Source: Desulfurococcaceae archaeon (GTDB taxonomy: Archaea > Thermoproteota > Thermoprotei_A > Sulfolobales > Desulfurococcaceae). Taken from it: a stretch of 64,000 bases of DNA. Within the stretch, counting starts at the first letter, position 1; each line of letters opens with the position of its first letter. The stretch covers positions 32,001-96,000 of the forward strand of contig JAWBBW010000002.1 of the NCBI GenBank assembly GCA_038824035.1, given 5' to 3'. Below are positions 32,440 to 42,990 of the stretch, piece by piece. A program made the translations under genes and the position numbers. Below the pieces are notes generated by a model. That model worked only from the letters and a program-made list of their open reading frames with translations, was not told the origin of the DNA and searched no databases.

Positions 32440-32491
32440 AAACAATACATCTAATGAAGTGCTGTAATGCCTTTTTAACAGTGATGGTTAC

Positions 32492-33577
32492 ATGATTGTT
32501 CCAACTAGGTTCAATATACCAGTGAACGTTCCAGATACCATTCATGATCAAGAGATCTACGTCCTAGGCATAGAGTCCACGAGCCATACCTTTGGCGTTG
32601 GAATAATTAGCTATTTTGATAAAACAATCACATTACTAGCTAACGTGAACGCCCAATATAAACCAGAGAAAGGTGGTATTCATCCACGAGAAGCTGCACA
32701 ATTTCATATCAAACATGCCCCTGCATTAATAAAAAACGCGTTGAGTAACGCTGATATAAGTATAAATCAAGTGGACGTAATAGCAGTGTCTATAGGTCCT
32801 GGTCTAGGTCCATGTCTCAGGGTTGGCGCGACTCTTGCGAGGTTTTTGGCTGCTTATTACAATAAACCAGTAGTCCCAGTAAACCACGCTGTAGCACATA
32901 TAGAGATAGGTAAATTATTCAGTGGTTTCAATGACCCCTTAATAATATATGTCTCGGGAGGTAATACTATGGTTATCGCACAGCGTGAAATGCAATACAG
33001 AGTCTTAGGCGAGACACTTGATATCCCATTGGGCAATTTATTCGACACATTCACACGCGAGGTGGGTATAGCGCCACCATATGTTATTGGTGACAAACAT
33101 GCAATAGATATATGTGCTGAATGGGGGGATTCTTTCCAACCAATTCCATATACTATAAAGGGCAGTGATCTGAGTTTCTCAGGACTATTAACCGCTGCTT
33201 TGAAACTCGCAAAGAAGCACCTTGGGGATAAAAAAATGTTGGGTAATATATGTAACAGCCTCCGCGAGACAGCATTGAATATGCTCGTAGAAGTGGCTGA
33301 AAGAAGCTTGATGTTGACGAACAAAGATAGCTTACTACTAGTTGGTGGAGTTGCATCCAACATCGCCTTAAGAAACAAACTAGAAGCCGTTGCTAAATTC
33401 TATGGGATCAAATATTACGGTACACCACCTGAGGTAGCCGGAGATAATGGAATTATGATAGCGTATACAGGCCTTCTATATTATCTGCATGGATTATACA
33501 CAGAGCCTAACAAATTGTTTATCAAGCAACGTCTAAGAATAGATGAAGGTGTATATCCTTGGCTAGAGAAAACATAG
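32492..33577 (+). CDS. kae1: KEOPS t6A transferase Kae1
   Basis: GIESTSHT, HAVAHIE, YVSGGNT, GETLD, GGVASN, DNGIMIA. Confidence 0.97.
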   Translation: MIVPTRFNIPVNVPDTIHDQEIYVLGIESTSHTFGVGIISYFDKTITLLANVNAQYKPEKGGIHPREAAQFHIKHAPALIKNALSNADISINQVDVIAVSIGPGLGPCLRVGATLARFLAAYYNKPVVPVNHAVAHIEIGKLFSGFNDPLIIYVSGGNTMVIAQREMQYRVLGETLDIPLGNLFDTFTREVGIAPPYVIGDKHAIDICAEWGDSFQPIPYTIKGSDLSFSGLLTAALKLAKKHLGDKKMLGNICNSLRETALNMLVEVAERSLMLTNKDSLLLVGGVASNIALRNKLEAVAKFYGIKYYGTPPEVAGDNGIMIAYTGLLYYLHGLYTEPNKLFIKQRLRIDEGVYPWLEKT

Positions 33578-34263
33578 GCCAGAATAAAAGTTACCTATTA
33601 CTAACCAGGGGGGCTGAGGCCGAGATCTATTTGATTGATTTCTTTAATTTAAAATCTGTGTTAAAAAGAAGGCTGAGAAAGCCCTATAGAGATCCCGCCT
33701 ACGATCAATTCTTTATACAACATCGTACAAAGATTGAGACAAAAGTATTGATCGATCTCTATAAGCAAGGGTTAAATGTTCCGTATCCATTGTTAGTAGA
33801 CCTAGATAATGGAATAATAATAATGAAATACATAGAGGGGTTTAGGCTTTCAGATAAACTCGGGGAATTACCACCAGATAAAATACATAACATAGCGATA
33901 GATCTGGGCTCACAAATCGCAAAAATGCATAATATGGGTATATATCACGGTGATCTAACATTAGCGAATGTAATATACGGATCAGATGAAAGGACTTATT
34001 TAATAGACTTTGGACTAGCCGGATATAGCAATGATGTAGAGGAATACGCTATAGATCTGCACTTAATGCATAGAAGTTTAAAAGCACTATATCCACGTCT
34101 TTACAACATTTTCATGGAAAGTTTTCTAAGTAGCTATAAAAAATATTACAAGGGGGATTTTGAGAAAGTTGAAAAAAAGTTTCTAGAGATACGGACTCGT
34201 GGTAGATATGTGGACAGGAAGCTCAGAAAGACCCTGATGGGGGAGAGATATGTTGAAAACTGA
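33559..34263 (+). CDS. bud32: KEOPS kinase/ATPase Bud32
   Basis: GAEA, HGDLT..N, IDFGL, RGRY. Confidence 0.95.
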   Translation: MARENIGQNKSYLLLTRGAEAEIYLIDFFNLKSVLKRRLRKPYRDPAYDQFFIQHRTKIETKVLIDLYKQGLNVPYPLLVDLDNGIIIMKYIEGFRLSDKLGELPPDKIHNIAIDLGSQIAKMHNMGIYHGDLTLANVIYGSDERTYLIDFGLAGYSNDVEEYAIDLHLMHRSLKALYPRLYNIFMESFLSSYKKYYKGDFEKVEKKFLEIRTRGRYVDRKLRKTLMGERYVEN

Positions 34264-34834
34264 TCAGATATATGTAGCAACGAACAATGTCCATAAATTA
34301 AAGGAGATTGAAAAAATAGCATCAGCCTATGGATTCACGGTGAAACCTGTATATAATTTAAAGTACGAAATACAGTCAGATCGATTGGATGACGTAGCGC
34401 TTGCATCCGCTATTTTCGCGTACCTCGTAATTAGAAAACCCATATTAGTGGAGGATGCTGGCCTGTTCATAAAGTCTCTCAACGGCTTTCCAGGTGTTTA
34501 TAGTAGTTTTGTCTATAAGACCATTGGAATAAATGGAGTCTTGAAACTGCTTGAAAACATTGAAGATAGAACAGCGTGTTTCGAATCAGTTGCAGTCCTG
34601 ATCTACAATGGTAAAGTTTACATAGGTAGAGGAACTACATGCGGCCACGTTGCCAAAGAGCCGAGGGGGGAAAAAGGGTTCGGTTTTGACCCAATCTTTG
34701 TTCCAAGCGAATATGGGGAAACAAGAACATTCGCTGAAATGGAAATAGAGGAGAAAAACAGGTATAGCCATAGGGCTAAGGCTGTTAAATCAGTGCTTGA
34801 ACAATTACTATCAGATATTAATTCGATAAGTTAA
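34250..34834 (+). CDS. Non-canonical purine NTP pyrophosphatase (RdgB/Ham1)
   Basis: [27 protein letters not shown]. Confidence 0.95.
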   Translation: MLKTDQIYVATNNVHKLKEIEKIASAYGFTVKPVYNLKYEIQSDRLDDVALASAIFAYLVIRKPILVEDAGLFIKSLNGFPGVYSSFVYKTIGINGVLKLLENIEDRTACFESVAVLIYNGKVYIGRGTTCGHVAKEPRGEKGFGFDPIFVPSEYGETRTFAEMEIEEKNRYSHRAKAVKSVLEQLLSDINSIS

Positions 34835-34880
34835 GTTTTTAAGAGATTTTACAATTATGACATACACAACGGTGATTACC

Positions 34881-35363
34881 ATGAATAAGAAACGCGATAA
34901 GGGATCTTCGCATTCAACGCGGCCAGCACGAGCTGGTCCACCAAAATGGTTAAAACTGGATATGAGCCCGAGCGATGCAGAATTATTAGTGGTGGAATTA
35001 GCAAAAAGAGGTTATCCCCCATCTATGATTGGAATTATTCTGAGAGATCAATATGGTATTCCATTGATAAAACAAGTCACAGGTAAGAAAGTTGTAGAAA
35101 TACTTGAAAAACATGATGTGAAGATAAATATACCAGAGGATTTGTTTAATTTGATTAAAAAAGCTGTGAACCTTAGAAGACACTTGGATGAACATCCAAA
35201 GGATTATCACAGCAAGAGAGGTTTAATAGAAATAGAATCAAAAATTCACAGACTAGTAAAATATTATAAAAGGATTAAAAAATTGCCCCCTGACTGGGAA
35301 TATGATCCTGAAAAGGCAAAACTATTGATATCCACAGGGATTTATTCGCTTCCTGGATCATGA
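34881..35363 (+). CDS. rps15: 30S ribosomal protein S15 (S13e)
   Basis: [29 protein letters not shown]. Confidence 0.97.
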   Translation: MNKKRDKGSSHSTRPARAGPPKWLKLDMSPSDAELLVVELAKRGYPPSMIGIILRDQYGIPLIKQVTGKKVVEILEKHDVKINIPEDLFNLIKKAVNLRRHLDEHPKDYHSKRGLIEIESKIHRLVKYYKRIKKLPPDWEYDPEKAKLLISTGIYSLPGS

Positions 35364-35539
35364 GATGGAGATCCGCGCGATCTCGCGTGGTTATTAGGGT
35401 ATTTAAAACGTTTTTGATAAGAGATCAAAATTTTGGTTGTATAGCTCTGATTAAAAGAAAATAATAACCAGATATGAGTTGATATAGATTAGCAGGTTGA
35501 TAAAAGGATTATGCCTGAGCCATATGGTGCAGCATAAGT

Positions 35540-36697
35540 ATGAAAAACAACAATTTTCTCACATTTATAGAACAATATAAGAGTTTCAGGATAATACCAG
35601 ATAGTGCTCTCGATTCGTTAATAGCCAGTAGTATTCTTATGAAAAACCTATCAGAACATGGATGGGATGTAAAGGTAAACTTGGATCCAAAGTTGATAAT
35701 AGATGAGAAAACCGAACCCACGATCCTCATTAATCTAAGCCCTATAGACGAGAAATATCAATTGTCATTAAAATCTACAGGCGAATATTCCATAACTGCT
35801 TACATAGTGGAGAAACTTGACAGTGTTTTTGGCATAGAGAAATTCGATAAAGTACTCGCAATAGTATCTGGATTGTATTTAGGGCTTTATGATTTCAAGG
35901 AGGGGAAATTCCCAGGCACTGAAAACGATATTTTAAAGGAACTTGTAGAGAGCGGCGTATTATACGAAATAGCCGGTCTACGAATATGGGGCGCTAGAAG
36001 AGTGGGCCTTATAAGGGCCATTAATAGAACACTTATACCGTTTTTACCTGGAATCACAGGTTGTATAGATAGAATTGAAAAGATCTTATCAGATGTGTTT
36101 AAGACAAAGGACCCATACTCAATAAGGTACAAGGAATTATTGAATGAGAATAATTTAATGGTCTTATCTAGCCTGGTCCAGAAGATCGTCAATAACCTAT
36201 ATCTAGATCTGAATAAAGATCCCAAATTACCATACAAATTATTTGGTGAATTCATATTAACGGATAAAAGAAATGGTGAAGAGGGTCAAGAGTTTGAATT
36301 ACACGAAATTTTAGGAAGTCTAGTTGTATATGCCAGCAGTTGCTTGAATTGCCCTTATGACCTATTATCAATTAGTATGAACGATCTCGCAATATCACAG
36401 ATCATAGCTATTTATGATAAGATCATTGATCAATTGTCACCTATAATATCCGCTTCAATATTAGAATTTTTCTCTTCAAATAAACCAATAGATCCCGAGG
36501 GTTATATTGAACGCCCAGACCTAGTGGTGGATATGTTGTCTTATATTGAGAAATTACCCAAAAATAGGCCTATCACGATTTTGCATGAAAGGGGCATTAT
36601 AACTTCGCTTAGAGAACTATTGAGAATAGGCGTAGAACCCTCGAAAGCATATTCACAATGTGATGGAGATCAATTATGCGTGGTTCAAAACAAGTGA
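35540..36697 (+). CDS. Degenerate RecJ/DHH-family protein, probably catalytically inactive
   Basis: rps15-recJ-pcc1-rps3ae position; remnant LDSLIASSIL and PFLPGITG segments; no DHH motif. Confidence 0.55.
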   Translation: MKNNNFLTFIEQYKSFRIIPDSALDSLIASSILMKNLSEHGWDVKVNLDPKLIIDEKTEPTILINLSPIDEKYQLSLKSTGEYSITAYIVEKLDSVFGIEKFDKVLAIVSGLYLGLYDFKEGKFPGTENDILKELVESGVLYEIAGLRIWGARRVGLIRAINRTLIPFLPGITGCIDRIEKILSDVFKTKDPYSIRYKELLNENNLMVLSSLVQKIVNNLYLDLNKDPKLPYKLFGEFILTDKRNGEEGQEFELHEILGSLVVYASSCLNCPYDLLSISMNDLAISQIIAIYDKIIDQLSPIISASILEFFSSNKPIDPEGYIERPDLVVDMLSYIEKLPKNRPITILHERGIITSLRELLRIGVEPSKAYSQCDGDQLCVVQNK

Positions 36698-36951
36698 TAT
36701 CAATAATCATAATATCTGGCAACGAAGACTTCATCAAAGCTGTGAAAAAATCACTGGAGCCCGATAATATTCAAATACCCAGTAACATGGATATTGTCGA
36801 ATCATTCGAGGTTTCGCAAGAAATGGCAAAATACATTATAAGGATCAGTGTAAGAAATGATCATTTGTATTCACTCAAGAGATGCAAAGCTACGGTCGAT
36901 GAATTACTTTCATTAATCGACATGATTATAAAAACCAGGCAACATATTTAA
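36676..36951 (+). CDS. KEOPS Pcc1-like protein
   Basis: KSLEPDN, SLKRCKATVDELL; position before rps3ae. Confidence 0.6.
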   Translation: MRGSKQVISIIIISGNEDFIKAVKKSLEPDNIQIPSNMDIVESFEVSQEMAKYIIRISVRNDHLYSLKRCKATVDELLSLIDMIIKTRQHI

Positions 36952-37004
36952 TAAACCTCAAAGCTTTTGATAAGATTAATCCAAGTGAGGGAAGGGATGT
37001 AAAA

Positions 37005-37652
37005 ATGTCATCAAAACAACGGGTTGTAATCAAAGATAAGTGGAAAATCAAGAAATGGTACGAGGCAATAGCACCTCAAGCTTTTGGAGGGATAAGCCTG
37101 GGTACTATACCAGCAGATGATCCAAATAAATTGATTGGACGTGTTATTGAAACAACCCTATATGACATAACCGGCGATATTTCACAGGTACATGTCAAGT
37201 TATATTTCCAAATTATAGAGATTGATGGTGATAAAGCCCTTACAAGGTTCAAGGGGCATGAATTGGCAAGAGATTATATGAGGAGCCTCGTTAGAAGGAA
37301 AAGTAGTAAGATACAAGGCATATTTGATGTCCAAACAAGAGATGGGTATGTTCTTCGTGTAACAATAATTGCGTTGACAAGCTATAGATGTAAAGCCAGC
37401 CAGAAAAAAGCAATTAGGAGAGTCATGAAAGAGTATATAATGAAGAAGGCCTCAGAGTTATCATTAGATGACTTCATTCAAAATATTCTTAATTACAAGA
37501 TTCCAGCTGAGATTGCTGAATTAGCCAGGAAGATCTATCCAATCAGGCGTGTAGAAATATATAAAACAAAGCTCATAATGATTCCGACTCCTGACGGACC
37601 AAAACCCGCAGCGGTGCTTTCCCCACTACAGCTCAAGACTGAAAAAGAATAA
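37005..37652 (+). CDS. rps3ae: 30S ribosomal protein S3Ae
   Basis: DKWKIKKWY, GRVIETTLYD, YMRSLVRR, KIYPIR. Confidence 0.97.
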   Translation: MSSKQRVVIKDKWKIKKWYEAIAPQAFGGISLGTIPADDPNKLIGRVIETTLYDITGDISQVHVKLYFQIIEIDGDKALTRFKGHELARDYMRSLVRRKSSKIQGIFDVQTRDGYVLRVTIIALTSYRCKASQKKAIRRVMKEYIMKKASELSLDDFIQNILNYKIPAEIAELARKIYPIRRVEIYKTKLIMIPTPDGPKPAAVLSPLQLKTEKE

Positions 37653-37806
37653 GTGTCTTTTGTATAATAATAATGATTATCAGAAGATAAGATCTTTTAT
37701 CCAATATGTAAAATCTTGGCTAATAATCATCTAACCGGATCAAAGTAATTGATGTAAATGTAAATAGACTTTTATATGCAAAGTCTCTAATTTTTACCAT
37801 ATCCAG

Positions 37807-39060
37807 GTGTTGTTTTTGAAAGCCATAATATTGGCCGCAGGCGAAGGCCGTAGATTAAGACCTATTACAGAAACAAGGCCCAAGGCTCTTTTACCAGTTC
37901 TATGCAAGCCACTACTGCATTGGCACTTAATGTTTCTAGAGAAAATAGGCATCAAAGAGGCAATAATCGTGACCCATTACTTAAGTGATAAAATATTAAA
38001 ATACGTTGAAAAATCCAACTCTGCTGTTAAAGCCGAGATTGTGTATCAGAAACAGTTGTTAGGGACAGCTGATGCTGTTGTAAAAGCCGCTGAACATATA
38101 GGTTACGGCGAAGACGTGGTTATTTTGTACTCAGACATATTTTTCTCGGAAGTAGCTATGAATACGTTAAGTGCCTCTATTAACACAAAATACCCAGTAA
38201 TAGCAGGAGCCATAGTCGACAACCCCAGAGAATATGGAGCATTGATCCTAAGAGATCATCACTTAGATAGAATAATTGAAAAACCTATTGATCCCATAAC
38301 TAATTTGGTTAATGCTGGTATTTACAAGTTAAATACCACAGATATTCTCGAGAACCAGGATATAAAACCGAGTCCAAGAGGTGAATTTGAGTTCACAGAT
38401 ATAGTTAACAAAATAGCCGGCTATAGGGATATAAAAACGATCATCTTACCAAGGGGTTCGTGGATAGATATTGGTAAACCATGGGACTTGATAAATGCGA
38501 ATAAAATTGCATTACAGGATATGAAAGGTGATATAAAAGGTAATATTATAGAACCTGTCTCCATCAAGGTAAATGTTCACATAGAAGAAGGTGCCGTAAT
38601 ATATCCATTCACGACAATTAATGGCCCAGCTTTCATAGGAAAAAACGCACAAATCGGACCTAATGCCTTAATAAGACCTTGGAGCGTGATATGTGATAAC
38701 TCTAAGATCGGGTTCAGTGTTGAGGTGAAAGAAAGCATAGTATTTGAAAATGTACATGCTAGTCATTTAGCATATATAGGAGATAGCATTATATGCGAGA
38801 ACGTTAACCTAGGCGCAGGCACCATTATAGCGAATCTGAGATTTGACGAAAAGACCGTGAAGATGATGATAGATAATAAATTGGTGGATAGTGGGAGGAG
38901 GAAACTAGGCGCGGTCATCGGCGCTGGTGTTAAGACCGGTATAAACGTATCCATAATGCCTGGCGTAAAAATAGGTTCAAATAGTTGGATAATGCCAGGA
39001 ACAGTTGTATATAGAGATGTGCCGTCGAATACTATATATCCAGGCAAGTTAAATCAATAA
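37807..39060 (+). CDS. Bifunctional sugar-1-phosphate nucleotidyltransferase/acetyltransferase (GlmU-like)
   Basis: LAAGEGRRLRP..RPK, GTADA, EKP, hexapeptide repeats, HLAYIGDS. Confidence 0.9.
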   Translation: MLFLKAIILAAGEGRRLRPITETRPKALLPVLCKPLLHWHLMFLEKIGIKEAIIVTHYLSDKILKYVEKSNSAVKAEIVYQKQLLGTADAVVKAAEHIGYGEDVVILYSDIFFSEVAMNTLSASINTKYPVIAGAIVDNPREYGALILRDHHLDRIIEKPIDPITNLVNAGIYKLNTTDILENQDIKPSPRGEFEFTDIVNKIAGYRDIKTIILPRGSWIDIGKPWDLINANKIALQDMKGDIKGNIIEPVSIKVNVHIEEGAVIYPFTTINGPAFIGKNAQIGPNALIRPWSVICDNSKIGFSVEVKESIVFENVHASHLAYIGDSIICENVNLGAGTIIANLRFDEKTVKMMIDNKLVDSGRRKLGAVIGAGVKTGINVSIMPGVKIGSNSWIMPGTVVYRDVPSNTIYPGKLNQ

Positions 39061-39073
39061 TTAGGTGTAAAAA

Positions 39074-39445
39074 ATGAGCCAAGAATTCGATGTCGAGGAA
39101 TTTAGAAAACGATTCCCCCATTTAGCTGGGGAAATACTTGATAATAAGACAAAGCAGATAACACTAAAAGTGGACAAGCACTTGATTGACCCATGGAAAG
39201 GTTATATCCCTACGGCTATAGACTACATAAGAAGGTGTAGTACTGTAAAGGAAGCTCACGAAGTAATTAACTATTTAATCAAAAGAGGTGAATTAAAAGC
39301 AGAAGAAGGTTATGAAATCATGAAAATAATTGAGACACAGGGACTAGAGGCTTTTGGAGGGAGGAAAGAAGATGATTATTATTATAAAGAAGCGCGCAAA
39401 TATTGGAACATGTTGAAATCGAGGAAAAGAATATTTTCACCTTGA
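39074..39445 (+). CDS. DUF2095 family protein
   Basis: FRKRFPHLA.EI, GYIPTAIDYIRRC, RGEL. Confidence 0.75.
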   Translation: MSQEFDVEEFRKRFPHLAGEILDNKTKQITLKVDKHLIDPWKGYIPTAIDYIRRCSTVKEAHEVINYLIKRGELKAEEGYEIMKIIETQGLEAFGGRKEDDYYYKEARKYWNMLKSRKRIFSP

Positions 39446-40663
39446 CTTTGACGCCACGATCTTTATTACATCATTGTCCTTAAGAACATAGGAATCCCCC
39501 ACCCTCCTCTTAGTCCTAGCATCGATCGCATACAAGAACGATTCACCTAGTTCTGTATGAACCATATAAGCCAGTTCCTTGGTCGTAGTACCTTTCTCAA
39601 CTAAATAAGCATCTGGCAGTATATTACCATGGTGATCGGTATATCTGTTCTCATCTTCAACTGGATATACCGTGATCATAAAAAGCTTAGAGAACACTGC
39701 CCTATTAAGCAACTCTTGAACTCCAGTGGATCCATATGGTTTTAACACATTTGTTTCTATTAGTTCGAGAACCCTCTTTTGCTCGGCTGTAAGTTTATCA
39801 GGGTCTTTCACCTGATAGCTTTTATCACCAGGTAGATACTTTATTAAACCCGACCTACTGGCTTTTCTTAAAATAAATTCTGAGAGTGCGCTAACAGGCA
39901 CCACGTTTTCGGCTCCAAATCTTCTTATAATTTCTTTGAGATTTTCGCTTGCTTCGGGTATATCGATCTTATTTGCAGCTATTATAATGGGTTTAGCTAT
40001 TTCACGCAATTTTACGGCAAACTCCTCGATATCGTTCATTGTCCAATTCTTAAAAGGTTTTTCATGCAAACTCGTCGCCTTGATCGCCGCTAGAACATGG
40101 TGTTTTTTAATGCTTAGCCCTGATAGGTTTTGAACGATGTATTCAAGGGGGTTTTGAACCGTTACTATGGACTTAGATATCTTATTTTGCCATATCCTCG
40201 TGATAGTGGTTTTAAACCATTCATTGATCTCCGCCAAGATCTTTTCTACTTCTTCCACCGGATCGTATGTACCTGGTTTCGCTACGTTTCCTTCGAGGTC
40301 TGTTGACCCTGATGCATCAACAACATGAATTAGGACATCTGCTTGCCTCAGATCATCCATGAATTTATTGCCAAGGCCTCTGCCTAAACTAGCACCTGGT
40401 ATTAAACCAGCTACATCTATTATTTTTATAGGTATGAATCTGTCACCGTTTATACAAAAACCAGATCTTGGATTACATGTGCTGAGTCCTAGTTCTATGT
40501 GAATACATTTTTTTCTAACATGTCCTATACCCACATTGGGTTCTATAGTAGTAAAGGGGATATTAGAAATCCTGGCTGGTATAAGTGTTATGGCAGCGAA
40601 GAGCGTTGATTTACCAACATTTGTTTTACCCACAATCCCTACAAGTTTCTCTGGTGGAGGCAT
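39437..40663 (-). CDS. ychF: Obg-family ATPase/GTPase YchF with TGS domain
   Basis: GKTNVGKST, PFTTIEPNVG, DVAGL, GLGNKF, NKID. Confidence 0.93.
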   Translation of the reverse strand: MPPPEKLVGIVGKTNVGKSTLFAAITLIPARISNIPFTTIEPNVGIGHVRKKCIHIELGLSTCNPRSGFCINGDRFIPIKIIDVAGLIPGASLGRGLGNKFMDDLRQADVLIHVVDASGSTDLEGNVAKPGTYDPVEEVEKILAEINEWFKTTITRIWQNKISKSIVTVQNPLEYIVQNLSGLSIKKHHVLAAIKATSLHEKPFKNWTMNDIEEFAVKLREIAKPIIIAANKIDIPEASENLKEIIRRFGAENVVPVSALSEFILRKASRSGLIKYLPGDKSYQVKDPDKLTAEQKRVLELIETNVLKPYGSTGVQELLNRAVFSKLFMITVYPVEDENRYTDHHGNILPDAYLVEKGTTTKELAYMVHTELGESFLYAIDARTKRRVGDSYVLKDNDVIKIVASKSR

Positions 40664-40743
40664 TCCAGTAATTACCTCGCAAAATCCATAATTTTATAAC
40701 CCTTTATCAATCATTTAAAGTATGCTTAGTACGGTGCTTTGAA

Positions 40744-41409
40744 ATGAGCAAAAGCATGTACCACTATATATCGGAAACCTGGCATAAAATATATAGTGGA
40801 GAATTGCGGGAATTGCTTAGACAAAGACTAATTCAATGGAGAAGAGAGCCAAGTATAATTAGAATAGATAAACCCACTAGGCTTGACAGGGCCCGCGCAT
40901 TAGGCTACAAGGCCAAGATAGGTTTCGTGATCGTTAGAGTAAGGGTTAGGAAAGGTGGTCAGAGAAAACCGAGACCCCGAAGTGGTAGGAGACCAAAGAG
41001 AATGGGTGTATATGGTTATTCAACGTCCAAGAGCCTGAGGTTGATAGCGGAGGAAAGAGCCGCAAGGAAATATCGGAATCTCGAAGTTCTCAATAGTTAT
41101 TATGTAGGCGAAGATGGCAGATATAAGTGGTTTGAAATTATACTAGTAGATGTTCATCACCCAGCGATATGCAAAGACAGCGATATCAAATGGATATGTG
41201 AACCACAGCACAGAGGTAGAGTATTCCGTGGATTAACCAGTGCTGGGAAGAAAATGCGGGGACTTAGAAAGAGCAGGGGACTTAAAGGCACTGTTCACTA
41301 TAAATGGAAAAGAAAACAAAAGGAAAGATTACTTAAGAAGCGCCATGAAGCTAGTAGGGGAGCACGTGATCCATGGCAGATAGCAGAAAGACTGAGAAAA
41401 GAAAAGTGA
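40744..41409 (+). CDS. rpl15e: 50S ribosomal protein L15e
   Basis: [29 protein letters not shown]. Confidence 0.98.
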   Translation: MSKSMYHYISETWHKIYSGELRELLRQRLIQWRREPSIIRIDKPTRLDRARALGYKAKIGFVIVRVRVRKGGQRKPRPRSGRRPKRMGVYGYSTSKSLRLIAEERAARKYRNLEVLNSYYVGEDGRYKWFEIILVDVHHPAICKDSDIKWICEPQHRGRVFRGLTSAGKKMRGLRKSRGLKGTVHYKWKRKQKERLLKKRHEASRGARDPWQIAERLRKEK

Positions 41410-41852
41410 AGATTTCATCAATAGAAATAACGACCTCGTGCCATGCCACTGAAAACTGTGAAAAAGTGATTAATGCTTTAAAAAACCTTGTACCAAGCCT
41501 TCTGAGAGATTCGCTGAAAATAAAAATAAACAACATGAGTGGGTACTACGGTAATGATATAGCGATCTTGACGTCTAGGATCGATGATGAATCATCGATC
41601 CTCAAAGTACTCAACTATATTTCCGAGAAATTGGAACCCATAGAGAAAAACATATTGAGAATCACTTTTAAACTTAGATATGATTCCTCCAAGAGAAAGT
41701 TCGTGATAAGGTTCTCCAAGCAAGATCTGGTGAACGAGAAACTTAAAATTATAGACACCGATGATATCATTAAGTTGACTATATTTTTTAGAAATACTAG
41801 AAATGCTAAAGAAGTCGAGACATATCTAGCCGAGTTAGGTATTTTAAGCTAG
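41406..41852 (+). CDS. Putative RNA-binding protein (DUF54 / predicted exosome-operon protein)
   Basis: HATE..EKV..AL, GYYGN.I, RFSKQ; position after rpl15e. Confidence 0.8.
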   Translation: MKISSIEITTSCHATENCEKVINALKNLVPSLLRDSLKIKINNMSGYYGNDIAILTSRIDDESSILKVLNYISEKLEPIEKNILRITFKLRYDSSKRKFVIRFSKQDLVNEKLKIIDTDDIIKLTIFFRNTRNAKEVETYLAELGILS

Positions 41853-41874
41853 GACGTGGATAGGTGTAAATGCA

Positions 41875-42498
41875 TTGTTTTCTGATATTTACGTAATTAA
41901 CTGCTCTGATAGATATATAGAAATAGCAATCAAAATGAAGTACTCTTTCCTAGCTTGTATCAAAATATTGGGCGAGTTTTCCATTGAAAAGAAAAATTTA
42001 AGATTTATGAAGAAGTTGATCATAGAGACAGATTCTATTAATGAATTAAAAGATGTTTTGAGAAGAATTGATTATAAGAATAATCTAATCACTGTGCACC
42101 CACTCAGCATTACCGTGGCACGCTGGTGTGTACACGACTCCAGGATAGACACTATATTAATGACTATTAAGAACATTGAGATCTTCGATAAAAAACAACT
42201 AAAAATGATGAGGAATTATGGGAAACCCGTTGAAGTGAGTATGAAAGATTTGCTCACCGATGATTCAAAACTAAGAGGTATGTTATATAGGAGGTTGAAC
42301 CTGTTAGTAAAATACGATGTCGCCTTAACCATTGGAACTGGCGCAAATGACTCATACGAGATCTTTCATCCATTAACAATAATAATGATCTTGAATACCA
42401 TGTATGACATGCCCATTAAAAGAGCTATGCTTGCTCTTACTGATAATCCTAGGCAGTTATTGTATAGAAAACAAGGTGGTAACCTTGGATCTATTTAA
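41875..42498 (+). CDS. rnp3: RNase P subunit Rpp30
   Basis: VARWCVHDSRIDTI, ALTDNP; position before pop5. Confidence 0.75.
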   Translation: MFSDIYVINCSDRYIEIAIKMKYSFLACIKILGEFSIEKKNLRFMKKLIIETDSINELKDVLRRIDYKNNLITVHPLSITVARWCVHDSRIDTILMTIKNIEIFDKKQLKMMRNYGKPVEVSMKDLLTDDSKLRGMLYRRLNLLVKYDVALTIGTGANDSYEIFHPLTIIMILNTMYDMPIKRAMLALTDNPRQLLYRKQGGNLGSI

Positions 42499-42949
42499 AA
42501 TTGTTCTCATATTGACAACCATTTCTGCTATGTTAATGGTCTTCTCATTGATAAATCTTTTCAAGGCCTCGAAATTACTGAAGTCTGTAAAGAGTTTATC
42601 AGAGCCCACTATATATGAGAAGAAGATCAGGTTAAGAAAAAGATACCTTGTATTCACAGCTATATGCGAAGACAAAATATCCAAGAACTCCCTAGAGAAA
42701 AGCGTTGAATCAAAGATGATCGAGTATTATGGAAAGTCCATGGTTAATAAAGCATCACCTTACCTGGTATTCTTTGACGAGACATCTCAACGCGGGATCT
42801 ATAGGATTGTCCATTTATATTTGAATTTCCTAATCGCTACATTAGGGCTTGTGAAAATTATTGATGGTAAAAAATGCGTGCTAATACCATTGAAAACAAC
42901 CGGTACATTGAAAAAAGCCCACGAAATATTGAGAAAAATAAGGTATTAA
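42485..42949 (+). CDS. rnp2: RNase P subunit Pop5 with hydrophobic N-terminal extension
   Basis: RKRYLVF, GIYRI, KTTGTLKKA; TTG start after GGTGG. Confidence 0.85.
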   Translation: MDLFKIVLILTTISAMLMVFSLINLFKASKLLKSVKSLSEPTIYEKKIRLRKRYLVFTAICEDKISKNSLEKSVESKMIEYYGKSMVNKASPYLVFFDETSQRGIYRIVHLYLNFLIATLGLVKIIDGKKCVLIPLKTTGTLKKAHEILRKIRY

Positions 42950-42990
42950 GCATTAAAGTAATAACCCCCTAAATAACTCTTATATTCAAG

